From Oscillospiraceae bacterium (lineage in GTDB: Bacteria; Bacillota; Clostridia; Oscillospirales; Oscillospiraceae), in NCBI GenBank assembly GCA_022800755.1, contig JAAWQX010000008.1, forward strand, positions 16,675 through 80,674: 64,000 bases of DNA. Reading direction: 5' to 3'. Shown here piece by piece: positions 47,825-57,533 of the stretch; position 1 is the first letter of the stretch; each line of letters starts with the position of its first letter. The notes beneath the pieces are model-generated. The model made no database searches. It worked only from the letters and a program-made list of their open reading frames with translations, and was not told the DNA's origin. The translations under genes were made by a program, and so were the position numbers.

Positions 47825-49183
47825 ATGAATGTAGTCATCGTAGGCGCGGGCAAGGTAGGCTATTCCCTGGCGCGGCAGTTGTCCATGGAAAACCATGACG
47901 TGACGGTCATTGACGCGAAAGCGGAGCGGATCGAGTTTGTCAGCTCCAATTTGGACGTATTTGCCCTCATGGGCAACGGCGCCAGCTTTGAGATCCAGAA
48001 ATCCGCCGGCGTGGAGAACGCAAACCTGCTCATTGCCGCGACCAATATGGACGAGGTAAACATCCTGTGCTGCATCGTGGCGAAAAAATTGGGGGTGCCC
48101 CACACCATTGCCCGGGTGCGCAATCCTGAGTACACCAAGCAGGTGGTATTCCTCCGGGACGAATTGGGTCTTTCCATGTCCATCAATCCCGAACAGGCCA
48201 CGGCGGAGGAAATCTCCCGGGTGCTGCGGTTCCCGTCGGCGTCGAAAATGGAGCCTTTTGCCAAGGGCAGGGCAGAATTGGTGGAACTGCGCATCCCGGA
48301 ATCAAGCCCGCTGTGCGGCATGACGGTGAGCGATATCCACCCAAAATATAAGGTAAAAATTCTGGTCAGCGTGGTAGAACGCGCCGGCCGGGCTGTGATT
48401 CCCAGCGGCGATTTTGCGCTCCGTCCCGGGGATAAAATCAGTATTGTGGGCAGCCCTGTGGAGCAAAGCCGCTTTTTCCAGGTCATCGGCATGAAAAAGG
48501 ACCGAGTGCGCAATGTTATGGTTATCGGCGCGGGCAAGATCACGGTCTATCTGACCCAGCAGCTGCTGGATATGGGGATGCATGTAAAAATCATTGAGAA
48601 AGACCGGGAAAAGTGCCTGGCGCTGAAAAACAAACTGGAAAGGGCGACAGTCGTTTGCGGAGACGGTACCAAGCCGGAGCTGCTGATGGAAGAGGGGCTT
48701 GCGGAGGCGGATGCCGTTATTGCTTTGACGGGAATGGATGAAAGCAATATCATTACCGCGGTCTATGCCAAAACGGCCTGCCGGGGTGTGGTTATTGCCA
48801 AGGTGAACGAGACCCATTTCAGCACGGTTCTGGAACGGACAGGCATTGACGTGACCGTACAGCCCTCCAGCGTTACGGTGCAGCGCATTGTCCACTATGT
48901 TCGGGCAATGGAAAATACCAAAAGCAGCACCATGGAAACGCTTTACCTGCTCAATGACGGCAAAGTGGAAGCGATCCAATTCAAAGTCGGCGGCGCGGTT
49001 GAACAGGCGGGTACGGCGATCAAAGACATGCGGATCCGCAAGGACGTGCAGATCTCCGCCATCCTTCGGGACGGAAAGTGCCTAATCCCTGGCGGCAACG
49101 ACACCATCCGCACCGGAGATGACGTGATCGTCACCACGACCAGCCACGATATCGGCCAGATCGGCGATATATTTGAGGGGTAA
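47825..49183 (+). CDS. trkA: Trk system potassium uptake protein TrkA
   Basis: Two TrkA_N (GAGKVG, GAGKIT) and two TrkA_C domains. Confidence 0.9.
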   Translation: MNVVIVGAGKVGYSLARQLSMENHDVTVIDAKAERIEFVSSNLDVFALMGNGASFEIQKSAGVENANLLIAATNMDEVNILCCIVAKKLGVPHTIARVRNPEYTKQVVFLRDELGLSMSINPEQATAEEISRVLRFPSASKMEPFAKGRAELVELRIPESSPLCGMTVSDIHPKYKVKILVSVVERAGRAVIPSGDFALRPGDKISIVGSPVEQSRFFQVIGMKKDRVRNVMVIGAGKITVYLTQQLLDMGMHVKIIEKDREKCLALKNKLERATVVCGDGTKPELLMEEGLAEADAVIALTGMDESNIITAVYAKTACRGVVIAKVNETHFSTVLERTGIDVTVQPSSVTVQRIVHYVRAMENTKSSTMETLYLLNDGKVEAIQFKVGGAVEQAGTAIKDMRIRKDVQISAILRDGKCLIPGGNDTIRTGDDVIVTTTSHDIGQIGDIFEG

Positions 49184-49188
49184 ACGAT

Positions 49189-50637
49189 ATGAATTATCGC
49201 TTGATCTCGCAGATTTTAGGCCGGGTTGTCGCGCTGGAGGCGGCTTTGATGCTGATTCCGGTGCTGGTATCACTGTATCACGGAGAGTCCATAGGTCATT
49301 TTGTCGTGACAATCCTGCTGGCGGCGGTGCTGGCGCTCCTGTTGATGCGCCCCAAGGTTCGGACGCGGAATTTTTACGCCAAAGAGGGCTTCGTCACGGT
49401 CGCGTTTTCCTGGATTTCCATGGCGCTGATCGGTGCGCTGCCGTTTGTGTTCAGCGGACAGATCCCCAGCTTTGTGGATGCCCTGTTTGAAACAGTTTCC
49501 GGCTTCACCACCACAGGAGCGAGTATTGTGCCTAAGGTGGAGGACCTGAGTTACGGCATTTTACTGTGGCGCTGTCTGACCATTTGGCTGGGCGGCATGG
49601 GCGTTTTGGTATTCGTAATGTTTGTGGTGCCCTTGAGCGAGGAACATTCCATGCACATCATGCGGGCAGAGATGCCCGGCCCGACTGTGGGCAAACTGGT
49701 GCCGCGTATCCGCAAAACGGCCATGATTTTGTACATTATCTACACGGCCATGACCATTGTGATGGCTATTCTCCTGCGGCTGGGCGGCATGAGTTGGTTT
49801 GACGCGGTCACGCACGCCATGAGCACTGCCGGCACTGGTGGTTTCTCCAATCACGGTACCAGTGTGGCCTTTTTCGGCAGCGCTTATATTGAGGGCGTTA
49901 TCGGTGTGTTTGCATTACTGTTCGGCATCAATTTTAACCTGTATTACTTCCTGCTGATCCGGCACTTTCGGGATGCGTTCTGCAATGAGGAACTGCGCTG
50001 GTATCTGGGCATTTCCGCCTTTGCCATCGTGAGCATTATGGTGAGCCTGCTGGTGAACGGTGTGTATGACAATATCCTCACTGCGTTCCGGTATTCGGGC
50101 TTCCAGGTAGCGTCTATCATCACGACGACGGGGCATGTAACGGCGGATTTTGACCTGTGGCCCATGTACGCGAAGTGTATGCTGCTGGTGCTTATGGTCA
50201 TCGGCGGCTGCGCCGGGAGTACCAGCGGCGGCATCAAGGTATCCCGGTTGATGATCATGCTCAAAACCGTCCGAAACGACGTAAACCATCAAATACAGCC
50301 ACGGGCGGTGCATACAGTGAAAGTCAACGGCGCGGTGATTTCCAGGGCGACCCAGCACACAACGCTGATCTTTTTGTCTTTGTACGTAATCATTGTGTTT
50401 ATCAGCACATTGCTGGTATCTTTGGACCACATGGACTTCACCAGTACGTTTACCAGCGTGATTGCCTGTGTGGGCAATGTCGGTCCCGCCCTGGGCATAG
50501 CCGGACCTACGGGAAGTTATGCAGGTTTCTCCGTTTTGTCAAAGCTGGTATTGACAGCGGACATGCTGCTGGGACGGCTGGAGATTTTGCCCATTGTGAT
50601 GCTTTTCTGCCCGTCGTTGTGGAAGCGGAGTTTTTGA
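49189..50637 (+). CDS. trkH: TrkH-family potassium uptake membrane protein
   Basis: Polytopic. GFTTTGAS and GGCAGSTSGGIK selectivity-filter-like motifs. Confidence 0.9.
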   Translation: MNYRLISQILGRVVALEAALMLIPVLVSLYHGESIGHFVVTILLAAVLALLLMRPKVRTRNFYAKEGFVTVAFSWISMALIGALPFVFSGQIPSFVDALFETVSGFTTTGASIVPKVEDLSYGILLWRCLTIWLGGMGVLVFVMFVVPLSEEHSMHIMRAEMPGPTVGKLVPRIRKTAMILYIIYTAMTIVMAILLRLGGMSWFDAVTHAMSTAGTGGFSNHGTSVAFFGSAYIEGVIGVFALLFGINFNLYYFLLIRHFRDAFCNEELRWYLGISAFAIVSIMVSLLVNGVYDNILTAFRYSGFQVASIITTTGHVTADFDLWPMYAKCMLLVLMVIGGCAGSTSGGIKVSRLMIMLKTVRNDVNHQIQPRAVHTVKVNGAVISRATQHTTLIFLSLYVIIVFISTLLVSLDHMDFTSTFTSVIACVGNVGPALGIAGPTGSYAGFSVLSKLVLTADMLLGRLEILPIVMLFCPSLWKRSF

Positions 50638-50649
50638 GGGAGAAACGAT

Positions 50650-50997
50650 ATGAAAAAATGGTACGATGAAGAATATGAATTTGAGGTAGAAGTGATTGGC
50701 TTTCTCCGGGGTGAGCATACAGAGCACTATTGTCGGAATGGGGAAGAGGTTGGCGATAAGTACACGTGTACCTATGGCTGTCCCGTAAATGCGGAGGGCT
50801 ATGGAATCTGCTCCAAAACGATGTTGCTGTTGTACCCAATCATGGAATCGGTGAGAAGCGGCGGCGATTTGGAAAATATCGGGGGAGACGGGAAATACAG
50901 TAAGGTAGTCGTTTGCCCCGACGGTTGTGTGATGTTTCGTCTGACGGCGAAACCGCTGGGAAATGAGAACTTTTTTAAAGGTAAGTTTTTTGCGTAG
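50650..50997 (+). CDS. Small Cys-containing protein, TIGR04076-like (tentative)
   Basis: The pattern C..G..VGD...C..GCP....G.C......L.P......GG ... VCPDG.VMFRL resembles my memory of TIGR04076. Confidence 0.45.
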   Translation: MKKWYDEEYEFEVEVIGFLRGEHTEHYCRNGEEVGDKYTCTYGCPVNAEGYGICSKTMLLLYPIMESVRSGGDLENIGGDGKYSKVVVCPDGCVMFRLTAKPLGNENFFKGKFFA

Positions 50998-51017
50998 AGA
51001 TGAAAGAGAAGTGTGAG

Positions 51018-51214
51018 ATGATCTGCCCGTTTTGCGGCGAAGAAATGACGGCGGGGTATTTAAAAAGCAAGAGAAAGGTGGCTTTTTTACCGGGAGATTC
51101 CGGCTGCCCAAAGGCGCGGTCGTGCTGACAAAGGATAACTGGGTCGACCCGTCCTGTGCGGCACATTACTGCGACGGCTGCAAAATCGCCATTGCTGCGT
51201 ATTCCGAGGGATAA
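51018..51214 (+). pseudogene. Frameshifted small zinc-ribbon protein (CPFCG ... CDGCK)
   Basis: Frame 1 gives MICPFCGEEMTAGYLKSKR... and stops at 51126-51128. The +1 frame continues GGFFTGRFRLPKGAVVLTKDNWVDPSCAAHYCDGCKIAIAAYSEG to 51214. The switch point is at the A5 run, 51062-51066. Confidence 0.5.
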
Positions 51215-51250
51215 AAACGCCCCCACTCCAATGAGTAGGGGCGTTTTTAT
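51213..51250. terminator. Bidirectional rho-independent terminator
   Basis: aaaaacgcccc.actc-caat-gagt.ggggcgttttt between convergent genes. Confidence 0.8.
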
Positions 51251-51297
51251 CAGCAAAAAATATCCGGGACTTCTTAAAGCCCCGGATATAATCGTTT

Positions 51298-52236
51298 TTA
51301 CAGACCCTTTGCCAGTCTCTCGACTTCGGCGGCGTAGTCCTCTTCCTTTTTCTCAATGCCCTCGCCGGTGGCGAAACGGACATAGCCCTTTACGGTGATG
51401 CTGCCGCCGCAAGCCTTGGCGACTTCGGCAACGTGCTTCTCCACGGAGACCTTGTTCTCCTTGACGAAAGCCTGCTGCAGCAGGCAGTTTTCTTCGTAGT
51501 ACTTACCCACGCGGCCCATGACCATCTTCTCAATGATCTCCTGGGGCTTGGGCTTCGCAGCGATCTTGTTCTCCTCGATGGCCTGAGCCAGCAGGATCTC
51601 GCGCTCCTTATCCAACACGGAAGCGTCCACATCGGACTTATCCAAATACGTGGGGTTCATAGCCGCGATCTGCATGGCGATGTCCTTGCCCAGCTCCATG
51701 ACTTCAGCCTTGGACTCCAAGCCCGCGGACACGTCCATGTTCACCAGAACACCGATCTTGCCGCCGGCGTGGATATAGGGAACAGTCATGCCGGAATCAT
51801 ACCGGGCAAAGCGGCGGACATTGATATTCTCACCGATGACCAGAACCTTTTCGTTCTGCTCTTCCTTCACGGTGTGGCCGGTGCCGGGGAACTGGCAGGC
51901 CATCAAAGCGTCCAGATCAGCGGGATTCTCCTTGGCGACGACCTCGGCCACGCCCTGCACGTAAGCGACAAACAGTTCGTTTTTCGCCACGAAGTCAGAC
52001 TCCGCGTTTACTTCCACAACAACGCCGATGCCGTCAATCACAGCGGCGTGGCTCATGCCCTCCGCGGCGATGCGGTTGGCTTTCTTCTGCGCGGCGGCCA
52101 AGCCCTTTTCACGCAGCCAGGCAACCGCCTTGTCCATATCACCGTCGCACTCAGTCAAGGCCTTTTTGCAGTCCATCATGCCAACGCCGGTCATTTCACG
52201 CAGATTCTTGACATCTGCGGCACTAAAATTTGCCAT
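51298..52236 (-). CDS. tsf: Translation elongation factor Ts
   Basis: MANFSAADVKNLREMTGVGMMDCKKAL..., typical EF-Ts. Confidence 0.95.
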   Translation of the reverse strand: MANFSAADVKNLREMTGVGMMDCKKALTECDGDMDKAVAWLREKGLAAAQKKANRIAAEGMSHAAVIDGIGVVVEVNAESDFVAKNELFVAYVQGVAEVVAKENPADLDALMACQFPGTGHTVKEEQNEKVLVIGENINVRRFARYDSGMTVPYIHAGGKIGVLVNMDVSAGLESKAEVMELGKDIAMQIAAMNPTYLDKSDVDASVLDKEREILLAQAIEENKIAAKPKPQEIIEKMVMGRVGKYYEENCLLQQAFVKENKVSVEKHVAEVAKACGGSITVKGYVRFATGEGIEKKEEDYAAEVERLAKGL

Positions 52237-52269
52237 TTTGGTTTCCTCCTAACGTAGATTCAGCAGGGA

Positions 52270-53010
52270 TCATTCCGCGGCGGGCGCTTCCGCTGCCACA
52301 GAGGCTTCCGCCTCAGCCATGGCGTCCACACCCTGACGGCCCTCGATCACGGCGTTGGCCATGGTGGAGGCAATCAGGCGGATGGCGCGGATGGCGTCAT
52401 CATTGGCGGGAATGACGTAATCGACTTCGTCGGGATCACAGTTGGTATCCACGATGGCGACGATGGGAATTCCCAGCTTACGGGCCTCGGCGATGGCATT
52501 GTGCTCCTTGCGGGGGTCAACAATGAACATAGCGCCGGGGAGCTTGTTCATTTTCTTTACGCCGCCCAGGTACTTCTCCAGCTTTTCCATCTCACCCATG
52601 AGCTTGATGACTTCCTTTTTGGGGAGCATGTCAAAAGTGCCGTCTTCCTGCATCTTCTTCAGCTGCGCCAGACGGTCGATACGGGTGCGCATGGTCTTGA
52701 AGTTGGTGAGCATACCGCCCAGCCAGCGGGCGTTCACATAGTACATGCCGCAGCGCTCGGATTCCTCACGGATCGCCTCAGCGGCCTGCTTTTTTGTGCC
52801 GACAAACAGAAGGGAATCGCCCTTTTGGGCCAAATCGCGCACGAAGTTGTACGCCTCTTCCAGTTTGCCGACGGTTTTCTGCAGATCGATGATATAGATG
52901 CCGTTACGCTCACAATAAATGTACTCGGCCATCTTGGGGTTCCATCTGCGGGTCTGGTGGCCGAAGTGTACGCCGGCCTCCAGCAGCTGTTTCATTGATA
53001 CGACTGCCAT
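52270..53010 (-). CDS. rpsB: 30S ribosomal protein S2
   Basis: Start at [27 protein letters not shown] (cat 53008-53010) with RBS aggagg. Confidence 0.95.
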   Translation of the reverse strand: MAVVSMKQLLEAGVHFGHQTRRWNPKMAEYIYCERNGIYIIDLQKTVGKLEEAYNFVRDLAQKGDSLLFVGTKKQAAEAIREESERCGMYYVNARWLGGMLTNFKTMRTRIDRLAQLKKMQEDGTFDMLPKKEVIKLMGEMEKLEKYLGGVKKMNKLPGAMFIVDPRKEHNAIAEARKLGIPIVAIVDTNCDPDEVDYVIPANDDAIRAIRLIASTMANAVIEGRQGVDAMAEAEASVAAEAPAAE

Positions 53011-53158
53011 TACGTTTTTCCTCCTTATTTGTTGAACCTCCGGAGCCTTCAAATCCCGTACCCGGCCCGGTGGGCCACACGGCGTGAGATCAGGTCTCCG
53101 TGCGTAATGCTGAAATATATTACCAGAAATCCCGGATAATTGCAAGTCTTTTTTACAT

Positions 53159-53446
53159 CTAATATAGACAATTTTGAAAATTTTTCCCGGAATGATGCTT
53201 TTGTCGGGGATCATAGCCCTCAAGACTGATCAAGATGGTGTCATCGCCCATGCGAACGATGCTTTCCCACGGGAAAATATAGTCCACATCCCCCGGCAAA
53301 AGTCCGAAGAATCGCCGGGGGCCGGGAACAATAAAGGATAGGATGCGGCCGTTCTGAATATCGAACTCCGCGTCGGAGATATACCCCATCCGCTGCCCGG
53401 TGGAGACATTGATGACCTCTTTATAATGCAAATCGCCGATGCGCAT
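53159..53446 (-). CDS. YlmC/YmxH-family sporulation protein (PRC barrel)
   Basis: [42 protein letters not shown]. Confidence 0.8.
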   Translation of the reverse strand: MRIGDLHYKEVINVSTGQRMGYISDAEFDIQNGRILSFIVPGPRRFFGLLPGDVDYIFPWESIVRMGDDTILISLEGYDPRQKHHSGKNFQNCLY

Positions 53447-53495
53447 AAAAATTCCCCCTCATGCTGGATTATATCCGAAAAAGGGGGAATTTATG

Positions 53496-54056
53496 TCAGG
53501 TTTCGATGCTTTTAAGATAGCTTTGCCGTGCGGTCTCGTAATAATCGCCGCCGTGGGCGTCCAGAATCACCACGGCAGGGAAGTTTTCAATGGTGAGCTT
53601 CCGCACAGCTTCTGTGCCCAGTTCGGGAAAGGCGACCATCTCCGCCGTCTTGACGCACCGGGCCAGCATGGCCCCAGCGCCGCCGGTGGCGGCCAAGTAG
53701 ACCGCGCCGTTGCGGACGACTGCATCCTTCACTGTCTGGGAACGCTTTCCTTTGCCCAGCATTACCCGTAGGCCGGCATCCAGCATGTCGGGGGTGTATT
53801 TGTCACACCGGGAACTGGTCGTGGGACCGGCGGAGCCCACCGCCATACCAGGCTGGGCAGGGGAGGGGCCTACATAATAAATGCTTGCACCGTTTAAATC
53901 GAAAGGAAGCGATCCACCTGCCTGCATCATTTCATAAAGCCGCTTATGGGCCGCATCCCGGGCGGTATAGATCGTGCCGGACAGCAGAACACTGTCTCCA
54001 GCACGCAGAGACGTAGCGGCTTCTTTTGTCATAGGGAGCGAAATTTGAATGGCCAT
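53496..54056 (-). CDS. Fe-S type hydro-lyase beta subunit (class I fumarate/tartrate dehydratase, C-terminal domain)
   Basis: GTIYTARDAAHKRL...GPTTSSR...LGKG motifs. 1-nt overlap with the alpha subunit gene. Confidence 0.85.
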   Translation of the reverse strand: MAIQISLPMTKEAATSLRAGDSVLLSGTIYTARDAAHKRLYEMMQAGGSLPFDLNGASIYYVGPSPAQPGMAVGSAGPTTSSRCDKYTPDMLDAGLRVMLGKGKRSQTVKDAVVRNGAVYLAATGGAGAMLARCVKTAEMVAFPELGTEAVRKLTIENFPAVVILDAHGGDYYETARQSYLKSIET

Positions 54057-54892
54057 CAGAGCACCTCCGTTGCGTGTCTGCTGCTATGGCAGTTGATATT
54101 CACCGCGCAGGGCAGACCCGCGATGTGGGTCGCCATGGTCTCTATGGACAGCCATAGTGCCGTGGTTTTGCCGCCAAGCCCTTGGGGGCCGATGCCCAGG
54201 CAGTTGATCGTATCCAACAGCTCGGTTTCCAGCTTTGCGTAAAGCAGATTAGAATGATGCACGCCCATTTCCCGCAGAAGGGCTTTTTTTGCCAGCAGCG
54301 CCGCTTTGTCAAAGGTGCCGCCGATACCCACGCCCACGGTCAACGGGGGACAGGCGTTCGGCCCGGCGTTCTCTACGGTCTCGATGACGAACTGCTTCAC
54401 GCCCTCAACGCCGTCGGCGGGCTTGAGCATGGTGACACGGCTCATGTTCTCACTGCCGAAGCCCTTGGGCGCTACGGTGATGGTGAGACGGTCGCCGGGT
54501 ACGATATCCGTGTAAATCATGGCCGGGGTATTGTCGCCGGTGTTAACACGTTCCAACGGGTCGCCCACCACGGATTTGCGCAGTAAGCCCTCTGTGTAGC
54601 CTTGAGCAACACCTTGATGCACAGCCTCATACAAATTTCCGCCGGTGATATGGACCTCCTGTCCCAATTCCAGAAACACGCATGCCATGCCGGTATCTTG
54701 ACATAAGGGAATCGGGCCGTTGGTCTCAAAATTTTCGATGATAACATCTAAGATATCCTGTGCTGTGGGCCATGGTTCTGCTTGCCGGGCGCTTTTAATG
54801 CGTCCTTTCACATCTTCCGTCAGCACCGTACAGGCCCGGGTACACAGCCGTGCTACCGCTTTTGCTATATCGTTTGCTTGAATTTCCCGCAT
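54056..54892 (-). CDS. Fe-S type hydro-lyase alpha subunit (class I fumarate hydratase, N-terminal domain)
   Basis: Start at MREIQANDIAKAV (cat 54890-54892). CQDTGMA motif. Confidence 0.85.
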   Translation of the reverse strand: MREIQANDIAKAVARLCTRACTVLTEDVKGRIKSARQAEPWPTAQDILDVIIENFETNGPIPLCQDTGMACVFLELGQEVHITGGNLYEAVHQGVAQGYTEGLLRKSVVGDPLERVNTGDNTPAMIYTDIVPGDRLTITVAPKGFGSENMSRVTMLKPADGVEGVKQFVIETVENAGPNACPPLTVGVGIGGTFDKAALLAKKALLREMGVHHSNLLYAKLETELLDTINCLGIGPQGLGGKTTALWLSIETMATHIAGLPCAVNINCHSSRHATEVL

Positions 54893-54980
54893 AAAATTTT
54901 CCTCTCTGTCTTTACAGGCTCGTCTCTGACACGTATAATACTCTATATCGACACAAAAATCAAACTTGAGGTGAAAAAAT

Positions 54981-56156
54981 ATGACCATCGCGGAAGAAAG
55001 CCTGGCATTACATTATGAAAAGAAAGGGAAAATTGAGGTTGTATCCACGGTTCCCGTGGCTACAGCCCACGACCTGTCCTTAGCATATACCCCCGGCGTG
55101 GCGGCACCCTGTTTGGAAATCCAAGCGGATGTGAGCAAGTCTTACGAGCTGACCCGGCGGGGGAATCTCTGCCTGGTCGTCACGGACGGCAGCGCCGTGC
55201 TGGGGCTGGGAGATATCGGCCCGGAGGCGGGGATGCCGGTCATGGAGGGCAAGTGCGTGCTGTTCAAGGCCTTGGGCGGGGTGGACGCGTTTCCCTTGTG
55301 CGTCAAGACACAGGATGTGGACGAGTTCGTGAACACCGTGTATCTGATTTCCGGCAGCTTCGGCGGCGTGAATTTGGAAGACATTGCCGCGCCCCGGTGT
55401 TTTGAGATTGAGGAGAAGCTGAAAGCCAAGTGTGACATTCCCATTTTCCACGATGACCAGCACGGCACCGCCATCACGATTCTGGCGGGCATCACAAACG
55501 CCATGCGGGTGGTAGGGAAGAAGCTGGATGAAATCAAGGTCATCATCAATGGAGCGGGCGCGGCGGCGACCGCCATCGCTTATCTGCTCCACGACGCAGG
55601 GATCCCAGATATTACCGTCTGTGACCGCACGGGGCTGATCTATGCGGGGCGTCCGGAGCATATGAATCCCGCCAAAGAGAAGCTGGCGGCGTTTACCAAC
55701 CCCCGGATGGTCAAGGGAAGCTTGGCTGACGGCGTGAAAGGGGCCGATGTGTTCATCGGCGTTTCGGCCCCCGGTGTGCTCACGCAAGACATGGTGCGTA
55801 CTATGGCGGACAAAGCGGCGATTTTTGCCTGCGCTAACCCCACGCCGGAGATTTTCCCCGATGAAGCCAAAGCCGCTGGCGCTGCGGTGGTTGGCACGGG
55901 ACGCAGTGATTTCCCCAACCAGTTGAATAACGCGTTGGTATTCCCGGGCTTGTTCCGTGGTACGTTCGACGTGCGGGCAAGTGAGATCAATCAGGAAATG
56001 AAGCTGGCGGCCGCCTACGCATTGGCCGGAATGGTCACAGAAGAGATGCTCTCCGCCGATTACATCCTGCCTCCGGTATTTGACCAGGATGTACCAAAGG
56101 TCATCGCCGCCGCCGTGGCAGAAGCGGCGCGGAAGACAGGTGCGGCGCGGATTTGA
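54981..56156 (+). CDS. NAD(P)-dependent malic enzyme (oxaloacetate-decarboxylating malate dehydrogenase)
   Basis: LSLAYTPGVA, VVTDGSAVLGLGDIG, FGGVNLEDI, GAGAAA. Confidence 0.9.
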   Translation: MTIAEESLALHYEKKGKIEVVSTVPVATAHDLSLAYTPGVAAPCLEIQADVSKSYELTRRGNLCLVVTDGSAVLGLGDIGPEAGMPVMEGKCVLFKALGGVDAFPLCVKTQDVDEFVNTVYLISGSFGGVNLEDIAAPRCFEIEEKLKAKCDIPIFHDDQHGTAITILAGITNAMRVVGKKLDEIKVIINGAGAAATAIAYLLHDAGIPDITVCDRTGLIYAGRPEHMNPAKEKLAAFTNPRMVKGSLADGVKGADVFIGVSAPGVLTQDMVRTMADKAAIFACANPTPEIFPDEAKAAGAAVVGTGRSDFPNQLNNALVFPGLFRGTFDVRASEINQEMKLAAAYALAGMVTEEMLSADYILPPVFDQDVPKVIAAAVAEAARKTGAARI

Positions 56157-56165
56157 GGGACCGTC

Positions 56166-56465
56166 ATGCTGATATACAACGGTACTGACTATACCATCCC
56201 TGTATTTGTGATGGTTTCCGCCATCATTCTGTTTGCACTGCAATCCACATTGTGCAAGCGGTGCAGACGACTGTGGGTGAAGCTGCTGCCGCTGTTGTAT
56301 GTCTTACTGTGGCTGGTCCTGGCGGTACATGCCTTATTGAGTGAACCCGGCGGATTCATTGATTTACGAGGCTTAGTGGCAATGATGTTTGCCATCTATG
56401 CACTGATTTGCGCAGTGTCCATTGGCTTGGCCTGGCTGATTGGTTGGTTGAAAAGCAGAAAATAA
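56166..56465 (+). CDS. Small 3-TM membrane protein, unknown function
   Basis: 99-aa hydrophobic ORF 10 nt after the malic enzyme gene, followed by a terminator. Confidence 0.4.
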   Translation: MLIYNGTDYTIPVFVMVSAIILFALQSTLCKRCRRLWVKLLPLLYVLLWLVLAVHALLSEPGGFIDLRGLVAMMFAIYALICAVSIGLAWLIGWLKSRK

Positions 56466-56467
56466 TA

Positions 56468-56494
56468 GAAGCCCGGTCGTATGACCGGGCTTTC
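56468..56494. terminator. Bidirectional rho-independent terminator
   Basis: gaagcccggtc-gtat-gaccgggcttt. Confidence 0.75.
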
Positions 56495-57274
56495 TTATAC
56501 ATAAATTTCCTTTTTGATCTGCGAAATGGCGTTTTTCTCCAATCGCGACACCTGCGCCTGGGAAATGCCGATCTCCGACGCCACTTCCATCTGCGTTTTG
56601 CCGTCCATATACCGCAGCGCCAGAATTTGCCGTTCCCGGTTGCACAGGTGCTCTACCGCGTCATTCAGCGCGATTTTTTCCAGCCAGTGCTCGTCGGTAT
56701 CCTTGGTGTCCCGGACCTGGTCCATGATACACACGCTGTCTCCGCTGTCGGAATACACTGGCTCATTGAGGGATATGGTGTCGGAAATGGCCTCCATGGC
56801 GAATACCACATCTTCACGGCGTATTTCAAGCATTTCCGCGATTTCCGTTTCGTTTGGCTCTCGGCCGTTTTCCGCAATGAATTTTTCCTTGGCCTGCAAG
56901 ACCCGGTACGCCGTATCCCGCAGGCTGCGGCTGATGCGCACGCTGCTGTTGTCCCGCAGATACCGCCGTACCTCGCCGGCGATCATGGGGACGCCGTAAG
57001 TGGAAAAGCGCACATCATGTGCCTCACTGTCAAAATTGTCGATGGCCTTAATGAGTCCGATACAGCCCACTTGGAACAGATCGTCCATATTCTCGCCCCG
57101 GCCGGTGAATTTTTGGATGACGCTCAGCACCAGCCGCAGATTGCCGGAAATGAGGGTTTCCCTGGCAGAGGTATCTCCGGCACGGCTCCTTTTCAAGAGT
57201 TCCCGGGTCTCCTCATTTTTCAGTACGGGCAGTTTTGCCGTATTCACACCGCAGATCTCAACTTTGCATTGCAT
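56495..57274 (-). CDS. sigG: Sporulation sigma factor SigG
   Basis: MQCKVEICGVNTAKLPVLKNEE...GNLRLVLSVIQKF..DDLFQVGCIGL..RYLRDNSSVRISRS...ISQAQVSRLEK matches B. subtilis SigG along its whole length. The second ATG (57274) has better GGAGG spacing. Confidence 0.85.
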   Translation of the reverse strand: MQCKVEICGVNTAKLPVLKNEETRELLKRSRAGDTSARETLISGNLRLVLSVIQKFTGRGENMDDLFQVGCIGLIKAIDNFDSEAHDVRFSTYGVPMIAGEVRRYLRDNSSVRISRSLRDTAYRVLQAKEKFIAENGREPNETEIAEMLEIRREDVVFAMEAISDTISLNEPVYSDSGDSVCIMDQVRDTKDTDEHWLEKIALNDAVEHLCNRERQILALRYMDGKTQMEVASEIGISQAQVSRLEKNAISQIKKEIYV

Positions 57275-57299
57275 GGACATTACCTCCCGTTTGTGATGG

Positions 57300-57329
57300 T
57301 AGTTTTTCCATGGAAACAAAGTTTGATAC
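57300..57329 (-). promoter_or_regulatory. Candidate forespore (sigma-F/sigma-G type) promoter of sigG
   Basis: Minus strand reads GTATC, 15 nt spacer, GGAAAAACTA, which resembles the GTATA-15-GGnnAnAnTA consensus. Confidence 0.4.
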
Positions 57330-57355
57330 AACCATTTTTTTCTTGTGAAAAAGGC

Positions 57356-57384
57356 TTGACAAGCTTTACAATTACTGGTAGAAT
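57356..57384 (+). promoter_or_regulatory. Sigma-A-type promoter of the rplJ-rplL operon
   Basis: TTGACA, 17 nt spacer, TAGAAT. Confidence 0.6.
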
Positions 57385-57390
57385 ACACGA

Positions 57391-57533
57391 GCGCTCCGGA
57401 GACAGCAGGTGGCAGTTTTTGTCGTAAGTCCTGCCGAGGAAGCAAACGAAAGTTGCTGACCGTCTCCGTACGCTTATGCGTATGGGGATTTTTCTTTATG
57501 GGCGCGATAAAATTCACGGAGGTGAAAACATCT
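57391..57533 (+). promoter_or_regulatory. Probable ribosomal protein L10 leader (autoregulatory 5' UTR)
   Basis: ~140-nt structured leader with long-range ggagac/gtctcc pairing, a ggcag/ctgcc helix, and a tacgc-ttat-gcgta hairpin followed by a U-rich tract. Position matches the L10 leader of Firmicutes. Confidence 0.5.

Noticed and set aside
53447-53495. Hairpin aaattccccct...agggggaattt between the fumarate hydratase beta gene and ylmC. It could sequester the ylmC ribosome-binding site.
   Set aside because: The loop is 22 nt and the U tract merges with the start codon. It is equally well explained as a weak terminator of the upstream gene, and I cannot support a regulatory role from sequence alone.
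55080-56243. 387-aa minus-strand ORF antisense to the malic enzyme gene.
   Set aside because: Shadow ORF. The malic enzyme frame carries all the diagnostic motifs.
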